A stretch of DNA of 64,000 bases, taken from an uncultured Gammaproteobacteria bacterium. GTDB taxonomy: Bacteria; Patescibacteriota; Microgenomatia; Woykebacterales; RBG-16-39-9b. The stretch's first letter is position 1; every line of letters starts with the position of its first letter. Where the stretch lies: NCBI GenBank assembly GCA_964360785.1, contig CAYHXX010000002.1, positions 92,107 through 156,106 on the forward strand, in the 5' to 3' direction. Positions 40,069 to 51,472 of the stretch are shown here, piece after piece. A model generated the notes under the pieces. That model saw only the letters and a program-made list of their open reading frames with translations. It made no database searches and was not told the origin of the DNA. A program made the position numbers and the translations under genes.

Positions 40069-40080
40069 TCTGGGACGCCA
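40069..40080 (+). other. tRNA 3' fragment (CTCTGGGACGCCA), complementary partner of the 39856 5' fragment
   Basis: Identical to the acceptor 3' strand plus discriminator-CCA of tRNA-Arg(CCG). Confidence 0.35.
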
Positions 40081-40095
40081 TTTGTTATTTAACGT

Positions 40096-40185
40096 GGAGG
40101 GGTGGCTGAGCGGTTGAAGGCGCTGGTTTCGAAAACCAGTGTACTGGAAACGGTACCGGAGGTTCGAATCCTCCTCCCTCCGCCA
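40096..40185 (+). tRNA. tRNA-Ser(CGA)
   Basis: Long variable arm, anticodon loop TTCGAAA. Confidence 0.85.
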
Positions 40186-41091
40186 ATAGTTAACGAAAGG
40201 TTTGTTTCAATCATTTTCAAATAAATAATGAATATCTTTGTATCGGGTTCCCTCGCCTTTGATAACATCATGGATTTTCCTGACCATTTTCGAAATCATA
40301 TTTTGCCTGGTAAAACGCACAACCTAAATGTCAGTTTTTTGATAAACAGTTTAAAAACTAATTTTGGGGGAACAGCTGGAAACATTGCATATAGTTTGGC
40401 TTTGCTGGGGGAAAGGCCAATTATTCTGGCCACCGCTGGAAAAGATTTTGATAAATATAAAGATTGGTTGAGTATACACGGGGTCGACATTTCCCACGTC
40501 AAAATAATTGATAATGAGATGACAGCAACGGCCCATATTATTACAGATAAAAGCGATAATCAAATTACTGCATTTTACCCAGGTTCGATGAAATATCCTG
40601 GAGTAGCATTAAGTGCTGGGTTACTAAGTAGAGACTCGTTGGCGATAGTTTCTCCAGGCTACATGGGGGACATGTTAAGTTATGTCTCTAGTTATAATAA
40701 AAATAAAGTTTCCTATATTTTTGACCCCGGTCAGCAGATTCCAGCACTAACCCCTGAAGAAATTAAAAAAGGCATAGCAGGAGCTAAAATTTTTATTTCA
40801 AATGACTACGAAGTGTCTCTAATTTTGGAGAAAACTGGTTGGACTGAGACTGATATAATGGGCAAAGTTGAAATTTTAGTTACCACTTTCGGAGGGAAGG
40901 GTTCGGTAATCAAAAGTAAAGGGAAAATATATTCAATTCCAGCAGCAAAACCTAAAAATCTTAAAGACCCAACAGGAGCGGGGGATGCTTATCGGGCGGG
41001 TTTTATTAAAGGTCTTATTGATGGTTTGACTCTAGATAAAATTGGCCGATTAGCAAGTGTAGTTTCGGCCTATGCGGTTGAGACATATGGA

Positions 41092-42627
<1,536 letters not shown>

Positions 42628-42661
42628 TTGTCGAAACCAGATTGCTGTAAATAAAATGAAT

Positions 42662-42737
42662 GTCCCAGTAGCTCAGTGGATAGAGCGTTAGCCTCCGGAG
42701 CTAAAGGTCGAAGGTTCGAATCCTTTCTGGGACGCCA
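42662..42737 (+). tRNA. tRNA-Arg(CCG)
   Basis: Cloverleaf, anticodon loop CTCCGGA. Confidence 0.85.
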
Positions 42738-42743
42738 GAATCT

Positions 42744-43160
42744 ATGTTCAAATTTGAAGAATCCGCCGGTGGGATAGTTTTCAAAAAAGAAAATTCTCAA
42801 ACTTACATTCTCGTGACCCAACACTCCCAACACCATGGTTGGGTTTTCCCAAAAGGCCTGATCGATAAAGGTGAAGATAAACAAACAACAGCAGTTCGTG
42901 AGGTTAAGGAGGAAGGTGGGGTTGAGGCAAAAATAACCAAAGAACTTTCATCAGTTGAGTATTTCTATAAATTTGAAGGCAACACAATCAAAAAGAAAGT
43001 TACCTACTTTCTGATGGAGTATGTTTCCGGAAATATACAAGATCATGATTGGGAGATGGAAGCTGCGGAATGGTTGTTCATAGAGCAAGTAGAAGAGCGT
43101 CTCACCTACAAAACCGATAAGCAAGTATGGAGTAAAGCTTTAGAAATTCTCACCAAATAA
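42744..43160 (+). CDS. NUDIX hydrolase
   Basis: Nudix box REVKEEGGVE. Confidence 0.75.
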   Translation: MFKFEESAGGIVFKKENSQTYILVTQHSQHHGWVFPKGLIDKGEDKQTTAVREVKEEGGVEAKITKELSSVEYFYKFEGNTIKKKVTYFLMEYVSGNIQDHDWEMEAAEWLFIEQVEERLTYKTDKQVWSKALEILTK

Positions 43161-43175
43161 AATTTAAAAGAATTT

Positions 43176-43214
43176 GGGGCTCGCAACACACGGGAGGATG
43201 TGTGGTGAGAGCCC
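43176..43214. terminator. long GC-rich hairpin, putative bidirectional terminator at the edge of a high-GC islet
   Basis: GGGGCTCGCAACACAC...GTGTGGTGAGAGCCCC inverted repeat. Confidence 0.4.
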
Positions 43215-43223
43215 CGGGAGCTG

Positions 43224-43805
43224 TTACAGGACCAGAGGGTTCGCGCTGCTACTAGCTGTCGACGAGGTGCCGAGCGATCCTACGACGGTCGCAAGGCGGT
43301 GAGCTATTCCGGCGACGGAGGAGGGATTCGCTGCCACTCTTCCTCTCAGCCGTCGGGCTTTCTTCACGTCGTCGATACCGCCGTCAAACGTTGTCGCGCC
43401 GGACGTGCGCTGCCGCCACATCGGGTTGCCGTGCTGCGCCTCGGATAACAGGGACGCGAACGTTCGTCTGAGGTAGTCGAGAGCCGAGCTTGTCAACAGG
43501 ATCGCGCCGGTCGCCAGCAGCAAAGCCATGATCGCTAAAGCTGCCGTTGGGTGACCGGTCGCCGTCGCCGTGATCATCGACGCTGTCTTCGCCGCGTCGC
43601 TCGTGACGAACGCCGCTGCTCGAGGGACGTCAGTGGTCGGTGTCAGCACGACCTGGGCGCGCTGAGTCATCTGGCTCACGATCGTCATCCCGTCGGAGAG
43701 CGACGGTGGGGAGATCGAGCCATCGTGTGCCGTGCGGTAGCCGAAGCCCAGTACCAGGGCCGCGACCGCTGCTAGCACCGCGAATCGGAAGGTTAACTCC
43801 CGCAT
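43224..43805 (-). CDS. hypothetical Ala-rich membrane protein (193 aa) in a high-GC islet
   Basis: Around 62% GC against a ~40% background; N-terminal and central hydrophobic helices. Confidence 0.5.
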   Translation of the reverse strand: MRELTFRFAVLAAVAALVLGFGYRTAHDGSISPPSLSDGMTIVSQMTQRAQVVLTPTTDVPRAAAFVTSDAAKTASMITATATGHPTAALAIMALLLATGAILLTSSALDYLRRTFASLLSEAQHGNPMWRQRTSGATTFDGGIDDVKKARRLRGRVAANPSSVAGIAHRLATVVGSLGTSSTASSSANPLVL

Positions 43806-44099
43806 CTAATTGCCTCCTTGGTCAGTTGGGTGATCCTTCACCCGGATCTGGCCGATTCTTGTCTTTTCAGTGCCTCACAACGAGAGGTTTACTGGTAACT
43901 AACCGTCATCCTCGGCCGAGTTATGACAACAGCGTAGCCAGTTTCTTTCTCGTCACTTGGCCTTCTACCTCCTTTCTTCCTCCAAGTCGCGGCAAATCCG
44001 CAATCCACGCGGGGTCCGTTATAAAATATTTATATGCTTGCTTGACCGTTTTGTCAAACCTAACTAGCGGTGATGTAATATAATGTTGTTTCGACTTCT

Positions 44100-44191
<92 letters not shown>

Positions 44192-44197
44192 AATATC

Positions 44198-44470
44198 ATG
44201 GAAAATGAAACCAGAGTTAAAAGACTCGAAGAAGAAATTGAAAAAATAAAAGCCCGTAATGAAAAAGTGGAGCGGGATAAGAGGTGGGAAACAAGTTTGT
44301 TCCGGGCTGTGAGTGTTGGGTTACTAACTTATTCTGTAATGGTTGTTTTTATGCTCTCTATTTCTATTGAGAAGCCTTTTATTAACGCGATCATTCCAAC
44401 TCTTGGGTTTTTGTTGTCCACATTTTCCCTCCCGTTTCTAAAGAATTTTTGGATAAGAAAACAAAAATAG
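44198..44470 (+). CDS. small coiled-coil plus two-TM membrane protein
   Basis: The track ORF 44132 begins inside the tRNA; first ATG lies after the tRNA. Confidence 0.5.
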   Translation: MENETRVKRLEEEIEKIKARNEKVERDKRWETSLFRAVSVGLLTYSVMVVFMLSISIEKPFINAIIPTLGFLLSTFSLPFLKNFWIRKQK

Positions 44471-44515
44471 AGCCTGGCTTGCCTTACGTTACTTTATCCT
44501 CTATTATGCTTTTCA

Positions 44516-46291
44516 ATGGAATCCCAAGTTCAAGAAGTTAAAAATAAAATAGATATTGTTCAACTAGTTTCAGGCTATGTTTCTTTGAAAAAAGCTGGTC
44601 GAAACTACAAAGGTCTTTGTCCATTTCATAGTGAGAAAACCGGATCTTTCATGGTCTCACCGGAACGACAAATATTTAAATGCTTCGGCTGTAATGAAGG
44701 TGGTGACGCCCTTACTTTTTATCAGAAGATCGAAGGTGTGGAGTTTGTAGATGCTCTAAAAGCTTTAGCAGCAAAAGCCGGAGTACAAATAAAGGAGTAC
44801 AAGACTAATCCTAACGAATCGCAGAGAGAAGAGTTTGTTCGCATAAATTCGTTGGCAGCTGAGTTTTATCATTTTCTCCTTACCAAACACCAAAGTGGAA
44901 AGAAAGCACTAGAGTATTTAAAAGGTCGGGGTTTGACGGAAAAAACCATTGTTGACTGGCAAATAGGATTTGCCCCTGATTCCTGGGACACAACCTACAA
45001 ATTCCTAATAAAGAAAAAACTTAACCCAAAAGATATTAGCGCCTCTGGTTTGGCAATACCTTCAACAAGGCAGAGCCTGCCTGCCGGCGGGCAGGGAGCC
45101 TATGACCGCTTTCGCAAACGGATCATGTTTCCGATCCGTAATATTTCTGGGACAATAGTTGGTTTTTCAGGAAGGATTTTTGGAGAAGGCGAGCCAAAAT
45201 ATCTCAATTCCCCAGACAACCTGCTTTTCAACAAAAGTAACAATCTTTTTGGATTGGACAAGGCAAAAGGCGAGATTAAAAAAGAGAATCTAGCTGTCCT
45301 AGTGGAAGGAAATCTTGATGTGATCATGTCTCACCAAATCGGAGTCGCCAATGTAATCTGTCCATTGGGTACGGCCCTCACCGAGAAACAACTAGATTTG
45401 CTGAGGCGATTTGCTGACCAGCTGGTGGTGAGTTTTGACCAAGATGTTTCTGGACAAAAAGCCGCCTTGAGAGCAGTCGAGCTTGCTGAAAACCAGGGGT
45501 TAACCTTGAAACTAACAGAACTATCGGAAAAAGATCCGGATGAGCTGATACGCAAAAATCCAAGTGCCTGGAAAAAAGCACTTGCGAATTCAGTACCAAT
45601 CTACGATTTTCTAATAAATTCTTTACAAAACCGTTACGGTACAAAAGATCATAGTGCTCTGAGAAAAATCACCAAAGAAGTACTACCTTATATTGCCAGA
45701 ATTGATAATGATATTACCCGGTCTCATTATGAAAGGTTACTAGCTTCTAACCTGGGTGTAAGCGAGGATTCAATAAAAACTGAACTCTCAAAGCTAGGTA
45801 CACCTGAGACTTCAGTAAAATTGGCAGATACAGTAAAGCCATTGAGTAGCGAAAGGTTGAAACTGGAAACCTATCTTCTGGAGCTGATTTTCCAATCTGG
45901 AATAATTCCAGAAGGAGTAGAGAGTGAGCAGTTTGAGGTCAGACAATTTTGTACTTTATTTGAACTAGCTAAACAAAGCTCTCGCAACAAGCACTTTTCT
46001 GTCAAGGAAATTGAAATTCCAGAGGAGCTGTCCGAAATATTTGACAGACTTACACTTGTCGAGATTGGTGAAGATATATTGAATAGTCAAGCAGAAATGC
46101 AGAAAGAGATTGATACTTGCACCCTCCGTTTAAAAGCGTTAAACTTACGAACTGAATTAAAGAAAATAACGCTTGCTATCAAGCAAGCTGAAATAACTAA
46201 GGATAGTATTCAAGTAGAAAACTTCACAAAGAAGTTTCAAGATTATTCCAATAAGCTTGCGCTGCTTGAGAAGCAAAAAGAACTTATTTAA
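44516..46291 (+). CDS. dnaG: DNA primase
   Basis: CHC2 zinc finger CPFHSEKTGSF..CFGC, Toprim domain. Confidence 0.9.
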   Translation: MESQVQEVKNKIDIVQLVSGYVSLKKAGRNYKGLCPFHSEKTGSFMVSPERQIFKCFGCNEGGDALTFYQKIEGVEFVDALKALAAKAGVQIKEYKTNPNESQREEFVRINSLAAEFYHFLLTKHQSGKKALEYLKGRGLTEKTIVDWQIGFAPDSWDTTYKFLIKKKLNPKDISASGLAIPSTRQSLPAGGQGAYDRFRKRIMFPIRNISGTIVGFSGRIFGEGEPKYLNSPDNLLFNKSNNLFGLDKAKGEIKKENLAVLVEGNLDVIMSHQIGVANVICPLGTALTEKQLDLLRRFADQLVVSFDQDVSGQKAALRAVELAENQGLTLKLTELSEKDPDELIRKNPSAWKKALANSVPIYDFLINSLQNRYGTKDHSALRKITKEVLPYIARIDNDITRSHYERLLASNLGVSEDSIKTELSKLGTPETSVKLADTVKPLSSERLKLETYLLELIFQSGIIPEGVESEQFEVRQFCTLFELAKQSSRNKHFSVKEIEIPEELSEIFDRLTLVEIGEDILNSQAEMQKEIDTCTLRLKALNLRTELKKITLAIKQAEITKDSIQVENFTKKFQDYSNKLALLEKQKELI

Positions 46292-46325
46292 ATATCCCGC
46301 TAAAGCGTGATATAAATATGAACTT

Positions 46326-47390
46326 ATGGCAAAAGCAGATTCCCCAATCCAAGAACTAATTACTCGTGGTCGTGAGCAGGGTTTTGTGACCCAAGAAGAC
46401 ATCCTCGCACTTTTTCCTGAAGCCGAAAGCAATGTCGAAGAACTTGATGACCTTTATAGCCGTTTGGCAGAAGAAGGTGTTGATGTCTTTGACACTGCGG
46501 AAGAAGACCAAAAACAAAGTGAACTTGAGAAAGAACTCGAAATAATCCAGGCAGTTGAGGAAGCCCAGATCACCGATCCAGTGAGAATGTATCTCAAGGA
46601 AATTGGTAGAATCTCCCTGCTGACAGGTAAAGAAGAAATCGATTTGGCGCAAAGAGCGGAAAACGGTGAGATTGAGGCAGTTGAAAAGTTGACCCAGGCA
46701 AACCTGAGGTTGGTTGTATCGATTGCAAAAAAATATGTTGGTCGAGGACTTACTTTGCTGGATCTTATCCAAGAAGGCAATATTGGTTTGATCCGAGCAG
46801 TCGAGAAGTTTGACTGGCGTAAAGGTTTTAAATTCTCAACCTATGCCACCTGGTGGATCCGCCAAGCAATTACCCGGGCAATTGCCGATCAAGCCCGAAC
46901 TATCCGAATTCCTGTCCACATGGTGGAAACAATCAACCGTTTCATCCGTACTTCCCGTAAACTTATGCAAGAACTCGGAAGAGAACCGTCCCCTGAAGAA
47001 ATTGCCAAAGAAATGGGAATTGAACCCGAGAAGGTACGGGAAATTATCAAAGTTTCCCAAGAACCAACCTCACTCGAAGCTCCGGTTGGGGAAGAAAAAG
47101 ACTCAACGCTTGGAGATTTTATTCCCGATGACGAGATCCGACCAGAAGATCAGGCCAGTGCTGAGCTGCTTAAGGCTCACCTTGGCGAAGTACTCGATAC
47201 ACTTAATGACCGCGAGAAAAAAGTTCTCAAACTGCGTTTCGGTCTCGAAGACGGTCGACAACGAACTTTGGAGGAGGTTGGAAAAGAGTTTGGTGTCACT
47301 CGAGAGCGTATTCGTCAGATCGAAGCTAAGGCCCTGCGCAAACTGCGCCACCCCACGCGCTCCAAAAAGCTCAAAGATTACCTTGAATAG
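46326..47390 (+). CDS. rpoD: RNA polymerase sigma-70 factor (RpoD/SigA)
   Basis: Regions 2-4 present, [18 protein letters not shown]. Confidence 0.9.
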   Translation: MAKADSPIQELITRGREQGFVTQEDILALFPEAESNVEELDDLYSRLAEEGVDVFDTAEEDQKQSELEKELEIIQAVEEAQITDPVRMYLKEIGRISLLTGKEEIDLAQRAENGEIEAVEKLTQANLRLVVSIAKKYVGRGLTLLDLIQEGNIGLIRAVEKFDWRKGFKFSTYATWWIRQAITRAIADQARTIRIPVHMVETINRFIRTSRKLMQELGREPSPEEIAKEMGIEPEKVREIIKVSQEPTSLEAPVGEEKDSTLGDFIPDDEIRPEDQASAELLKAHLGEVLDTLNDREKKVLKLRFGLEDGRQRTLEEVGKEFGVTRERIRQIEAKALRKLRHPTRSKKLKDYLE

Positions 47391-47438
47391 TAGTAAGAAT
47401 TTGCAGCAAATTTATTTTTTAAGTAAAATATTTCGTTC

Positions 47439-47909
47439 ATGGGATTTAATTCACTTACATTTGGTTTTCTTGAATATCACCAGGTGATTGAGAAGATAGC
47501 CGCTTATATCAAAGAAGACGCTGATTCGGTCTACAAAATTATTGTCGGTAGCGACTCTGAAGCCAAAATTGGAGATGTTGATTTTGTCACTGCGATTATC
47601 GTCCACCGCCTGGGCAAGGGTGGAATCTATTTCTGGCAAAAACAAAAAATACGAAACCAATACAACATGCAGCAACGCATCGGTCATGAAACCCAACTTT
47701 CCCTTGAACTGGCCTGGAAGATTCGCGACAGCTTTCAGCACAACGGGCTTTCAGGTTATGAACCTGAAGTTCATATAGATATTGGTTTGATCGGAGTTTC
47801 CCGCGATATGGTCAAATGGGTGACCGGAATGGTCTTGGGTAGCGGGTTTGCCTATAAGATCAAACCAGAAAGTTTTGCTGCCTCAACAGTTGCTGATCGT
47901 TATACTTAA
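47439..47909 (+). CDS. hypothetical protein (possibly DUF458/YkuK-like RNase H-fold)
   Basis: 156 aa; weak resemblance only. Confidence 0.45.
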   Translation: MGFNSLTFGFLEYHQVIEKIAAYIKEDADSVYKIIVGSDSEAKIGDVDFVTAIIVHRLGKGGIYFWQKQKIRNQYNMQQRIGHETQLSLELAWKIRDSFQHNGLSGYEPEVHIDIGLIGVSRDMVKWVTGMVLGSGFAYKIKPESFAASTVADRYT

Positions 47910-48013
47910 GCGATTTTGATTACCAACCAACGAAACCATAAAACCAGAATAACTATAATCGATAAAACAAGAAGAGCAAAAGTAGTAATCGCAAAAGCAG
48001 CTAAGGGAATTTT

Positions 48014-48334
48014 TCATCTTACCTTTTTTATATCGTTCTTAACTTTCTCTTTTATCTCAGAGCCTCTTCTTTTAATTTTTTCTTCAATTTCTGGGTCCAT
48101 ATTTTTCAGATGCGCTAGTAGAGATTCGTCATTAGGTTCTTTATTAAACTGAACTATAAAACTTTCATGATGCTCAATTGGTAAACAGTCTAGACAAATT
48201 GCCAAGATCTCGTGGTGAAACGTTGAGTCAATCAAGTTAAGTAGGTGATAGTGCTCTTGAGTAGGTAGCTTGAGAACCAGTAAGTCTTGGTGCAGTTCGT
48301 CCAAACCAACTAAATGGTCATAAAAAACACTCAT
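48014..48334 (-). CDS. hypothetical protein (106 aa), coupled to the upstream His-rich gene
   Basis: 4-nt overlap with 48331..48912. Confidence 0.45.
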   Translation of the reverse strand: MSVFYDHLVGLDELHQDLLVLKLPTQEHYHLLNLIDSTFHHEILAICLDCLPIEHHESFIVQFNKEPNDESLLAHLKNMDPEIEEKIKRRGSEIKEKVKNDIKKVR

Positions 48335-48912
48335 AGTTCTTTCTCCTGATGATTTATTCCTAAGTCTTCAGGGTGAGGCCCTGGGCTTTTTGCTTTACCG
48401 TGGTCGTTATCCTCACCACGGTGCAATCCTAAATCATGAAACCCATGCTCTTTTGGTGGAGCCATATAGCTACGACCGTGAATGTGGCCTTGGGATTTCT
48501 TGTCATCGCTGTCTCGGCCATTTACCTGTGAAGGTGAGTGACCAGCCAGGTTGTTATGAATATTTGTGTTTGAAGTTGGTGTTTGCTGGTTCTTGTGCGA
48601 CAAGCCTCCGTCTGGCTTTTCTATCTGTTTTTCAATACTCAAGGTTTTCAAATTTGGTTCATGTTTTGTTTCGAGAGGAGGATTTCCCAGTAAATGGGGA
48701 AATGCCAAAAAAGCTCCCAAAACTGTTGCTGCAGTAGCCGCCTTGACTCCTTTGCGGCGAATTTGTTGTAAATCAATATTGTGACGGGCAAAGATATCTC
48801 TGGTGTGAGGGTGTTTTTCATGGAGAGCCTGTTTAGAAGAGCGTTCGTTGTGGGATAAGATTCTCGCTATATCTTGGAATTTATTTTGATTACGGAAGTT
48901 AAAAAAGGACAT
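48331..48912 (-). CDS. His-rich membrane-anchored protein (193 aa)
   Basis: Single TM helix, C-terminal half with many His/Gly/Asp. Confidence 0.5.
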   Translation of the reverse strand: MSFFNFRNQNKFQDIARILSHNERSSKQALHEKHPHTRDIFARHNIDLQQIRRKGVKAATAATVLGAFLAFPHLLGNPPLETKHEPNLKTLSIEKQIEKPDGGLSHKNQQTPTSNTNIHNNLAGHSPSQVNGRDSDDKKSQGHIHGRSYMAPPKEHGFHDLGLHRGEDNDHGKAKSPGPHPEDLGINHQEKEL

Positions 48913-48987
48913 TAAGGTTATTATAAGTTATGAATAACTTCCCAGCAAGCTAGCCTTGGTTGGCAGTATTCTTAGAATGCAACGGAG

Positions 48988-49015
48988 TTGATTTTGATCT
49001 GAGCTTGTGTATAAT
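48988..49015 (+). promoter_or_regulatory. sigma-70-like promoter for tRNA-Asn (TTGATT-16-TATAAT with TGTG extension)
   Basis: -35 at 48988-93, -10 at 49010-15, about 20 nt before the tRNA 5' end. Confidence 0.45.
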
Positions 49016-49035
49016 AATCGAGTCCAAGTCTACAT

Positions 49036-49110
49036 TCCCCGGTAGCTCAACGGTAGAGCACCTCGCTGTTAACGAGATTGTTGTAGGTTCGAATCCTACC
49101 CGGGGAGCCA
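49036..49110 (+). tRNA. tRNA-Asn(GTT)
   Basis: Cloverleaf, anticodon loop CTGTTAA, CCA encoded. Confidence 0.85.
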
Positions 49111-49150
49111 GAAAAAGGCGATTGAGTTTATCTCAAGCGTCTTTTTCTTG
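49111..49150 (+). terminator. conserved terminator-like hairpin (copy 1 of 3)
   Basis: GAAAAAGGCGATTGAG-TTTA-TCTCAAGCGTCTTTTTC; homologous copies at 53109 and 54295. Confidence 0.5.
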
Positions 49151-49214
49151 TTTTCAGGGATGAGAACCTATGTGAGAATCCCTAGCTTTCTTAAGCGCAG
49201 GTCGCGCTAGCGAT

Positions 49215-49229
49215 CTACCCGGGGAGCCA
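49215..49229 (+). repeat. 15-nt direct repeat of the tRNA-Asn 3' end (CTACCCGGGGAGCCA), att-like
   Basis: Exact copy of 49096-49110, 105 nt downstream of the tRNA. Confidence 0.6.
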
Positions 49230-49290
49230 AATATTTTAGCCTCAAACTCTACGCATTCCTCAAAAGTAAAGTTTATTATATAATCCACTC

Positions 49291-49605
49291 GTGACTTTAA
49301 AGAAACTACAGAAAAGAATCTTTGCAAACAAAATTAAACAGGGTTTTAATATCTCTTCAGACTACAAGGGTATCAGTCATGAAATTTCGTTGTTGGTAGA
49401 GGAGTTAGGTGAGTTGGCACGAAGTCATAGGAGAGGTAACAAGGAAGGCATTGTTGATGCTAACATCGATTTATTAGTTCATATATTGGGGCTGATGGAA
49501 ATATTGGGATTAGATGGAGATGAAGAGGTGGGAAAAGTATTGATTGAAGTAGAAAAAAGGAAGTATGCCAAGGGTGCTGACGGAACTTATAAAAGACTTA
49601 AATAA
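49291..49605 (+). CDS. MazG-like nucleotide pyrophosphohydrolase (small)
   Basis: EELGELA motif, 104 aa. Confidence 0.55.
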   Translation: MTLKKLQKRIFANKIKQGFNISSDYKGISHEISLLVEELGELARSHRRGNKEGIVDANIDLLVHILGLMEILGLDGDEEVGKVLIEVEKRKYAKGADGTYKRLK

Positions 49606-49641
49606 AAAGTTTCCACATACTGAGTCATAGCAGAAAGATAG

Positions 49642-50061
49642 TCAGGATTTTTTTAAAGCCTCTACCAAAATTTCGTTTGTCCCTGGAAGGGAATCTAGAT
49701 CCTTTACTTTATCTAGTTCCACCCAATCAACTTTCTGGACGTGATGGTCTTCTGGTTTTTCATCTTGCGAAACGAAATCGCACACAAAAATAAAGCATAG
49801 AGTTTGCTGATTGCCCCAATCATACTTCCAGTAATTTGTCTGCACGTAGGGAAGTAAGCGGTTTACTGTTACCTTAACACCTGTTTCCTCTAGTACCTCT
49901 CGAACAATTGCCTCTTGTGGAGTTTCACCGAAATCAGCTTTACCACCAGGATATTCCCATTTTAGATGAGCGTCAGGAAGCTCACTTTCCTTACGCAATG
50001 TCATCAATAATTTGTTGTCTTTGATTACAACTGCCGAGAAAACAGTAATTTGCTTATCCAT
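49642..50061 (-). CDS. NUDIX hydrolase
   Basis: Nudix box GGKADFGETPQEAIVREVLEETG. Confidence 0.7.
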   Translation of the reverse strand: MDKQITVFSAVVIKDNKLLMTLRKESELPDAHLKWEYPGGKADFGETPQEAIVREVLEETGVKVTVNRLLPYVQTNYWKYDWGNQQTLCFIFVCDFVSQDEKPEDHHVQKVDWVELDKVKDLDSLPGTNEILVEALKKS

Positions 50062-50150
50062 AAGTTAAATTATAACAACTTTATGGTCCTGAGTGCTTTG
50101 AAAGGCTAGTTTTTTGTTGGGGAAAGTCTTCATAACAGAAATACTGAAAG

Positions 50151-50243
50151 CTGATATACAAATATTTTTGGTATATCAGGTGTTATATACCCGCAGATTA
50201 AGTATATCAGAATATTGACATTCTGTTATACACAAGGTATTAT
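50151..50243 (+). promoter_or_regulatory. Fic promoter (TTGACA-17-TATTAT) preceded by and overlapping a CTGATATAC/GTATATCAG operator
   Basis: 9-bp inverted repeat 50151-59/50171-79, third half-site 50202-10 abutting the -35 at 50215-20; -10 at 50238-43. Confidence 0.45.
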
Positions 50244-50250
50244 TTACTTA

Positions 50251-51339
50251 ATGGCAACTCACCATCTTCCAAAATCCTTACCTCCAACACTTAACTATGG
50301 GGAATTTGCGAAAGAGCTAGCAAAAGCTACTTATCAAATTGGACTATTACAAGGCTCCCAGGCAAGGCTACAAAATGCTTTCCACCTGATTGGACCTCTT
50401 GTTGCTAAAGAAGCTGCAGTTAGTTCAAAAATTGAAGGAACGCAAAGTACATCATCAGATATATACATCTACGATGCTGGTGGTAAGCCTAAATACTCTG
50501 ATACACCAGTCGTGTCAAATTATCGGGCGGCTATGTTGGATGCAATTTCATCAATAAAAGCAGGAAGAAATTTAACAAATAGTTTGATAAAGTCACTTCA
50601 CGCAACTTTGTTAAAGGATGTTAGGCACAAAGGTGTATTAGGTGATTTTAGAGATAAGCCAGTTTGGATTGCTGAAAAAGAAGGAGACCCGATTGAGAAA
50701 GCGTTGTACATACCCCCCGAACATTTCCATGTACCCTCGTATATGGAAAATATACTAGATTATGTTGAGAACAATAAGGACGATTTAAATATTGTTAAGG
50801 CTGGGGTGGTACATTACCAATTTGAAGCGGTTCACCCGTTTGAAGATGGCAACGGAAGAATAGGGCGATTATTGATTCCCCTAATCCTGTTTTACAAAAG
50901 AGAATTATCATTGCCTATTGTTTATAGTAGCGGTTATTTTGAAGCTAGGGCTTCAGAGTACAGGGATGCATTAAGAATTGTTGATGAGACAGGTAAGTAT
51001 GAAAAGTGGCTAGTGTTCTTTTTTGATGCGATTTCGGAACAAGCAAAAGAAACTATTAACTTAATTGATAGAATACTTTTGTTGCGTAACACAATTCAAT
51101 CTAAGTACGAAAGTTCTAAATCTCCTTACATGAATAGGTTTATAGACTATTTATTTGAATCACCAATATTTACTATTCCACAAATGCAAAACAAAATTTC
51201 TATTGGTGTTAGGTTAACGGCGGTCAGATTGGTCGAGCAACTTGAAAAAGACAATGTGATTCAAGAAGTAAGAGGAACTAAGGGTCCTAGAGGCTCTAAA
51301 TTATTCGCCTTCAATAACTTGTTAGCAATAATTAGGTAG
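50251..51339 (+). CDS. Fic family protein (AMPylase-type)
   Basis: HPFEDGNGRIGR Fic motif. Confidence 0.8.
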   Translation: MATHHLPKSLPPTLNYGEFAKELAKATYQIGLLQGSQARLQNAFHLIGPLVAKEAAVSSKIEGTQSTSSDIYIYDAGGKPKYSDTPVVSNYRAAMLDAISSIKAGRNLTNSLIKSLHATLLKDVRHKGVLGDFRDKPVWIAEKEGDPIEKALYIPPEHFHVPSYMENILDYVENNKDDLNIVKAGVVHYQFEAVHPFEDGNGRIGRLLIPLILFYKRELSLPIVYSSGYFEARASEYRDALRIVDETGKYEKWLVFFFDAISEQAKETINLIDRILLLRNTIQSKYESSKSPYMNRFIDYLFESPIFTIPQMQNKISIGVRLTAVRLVEQLEKDNVIQEVRGTKGPRGSKLFAFNNLLAIIR

Positions 51340-51349
51340 AAGTATAGAA

Positions 51350-51379
51350 GGTTCCAACATACTCGACCAGAGCGAGCCA
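51350..51379 (+). repeat. 30-nt cassette-boundary repeat R1 (GGTTCCAACATACTCGACCAGAGCGAGCCA)
   Basis: One of five same-orientation copies (see findings). Confidence 0.6.
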
Positions 51380-51472
51380 TTACCCCATAGTATTGATTTC
51401 TTTATTTATTTCCTATATAATGTGCCTTGTCTGCGGTGGATGTAAAGGCCACGAGACAAGGAGAGTTGATCG

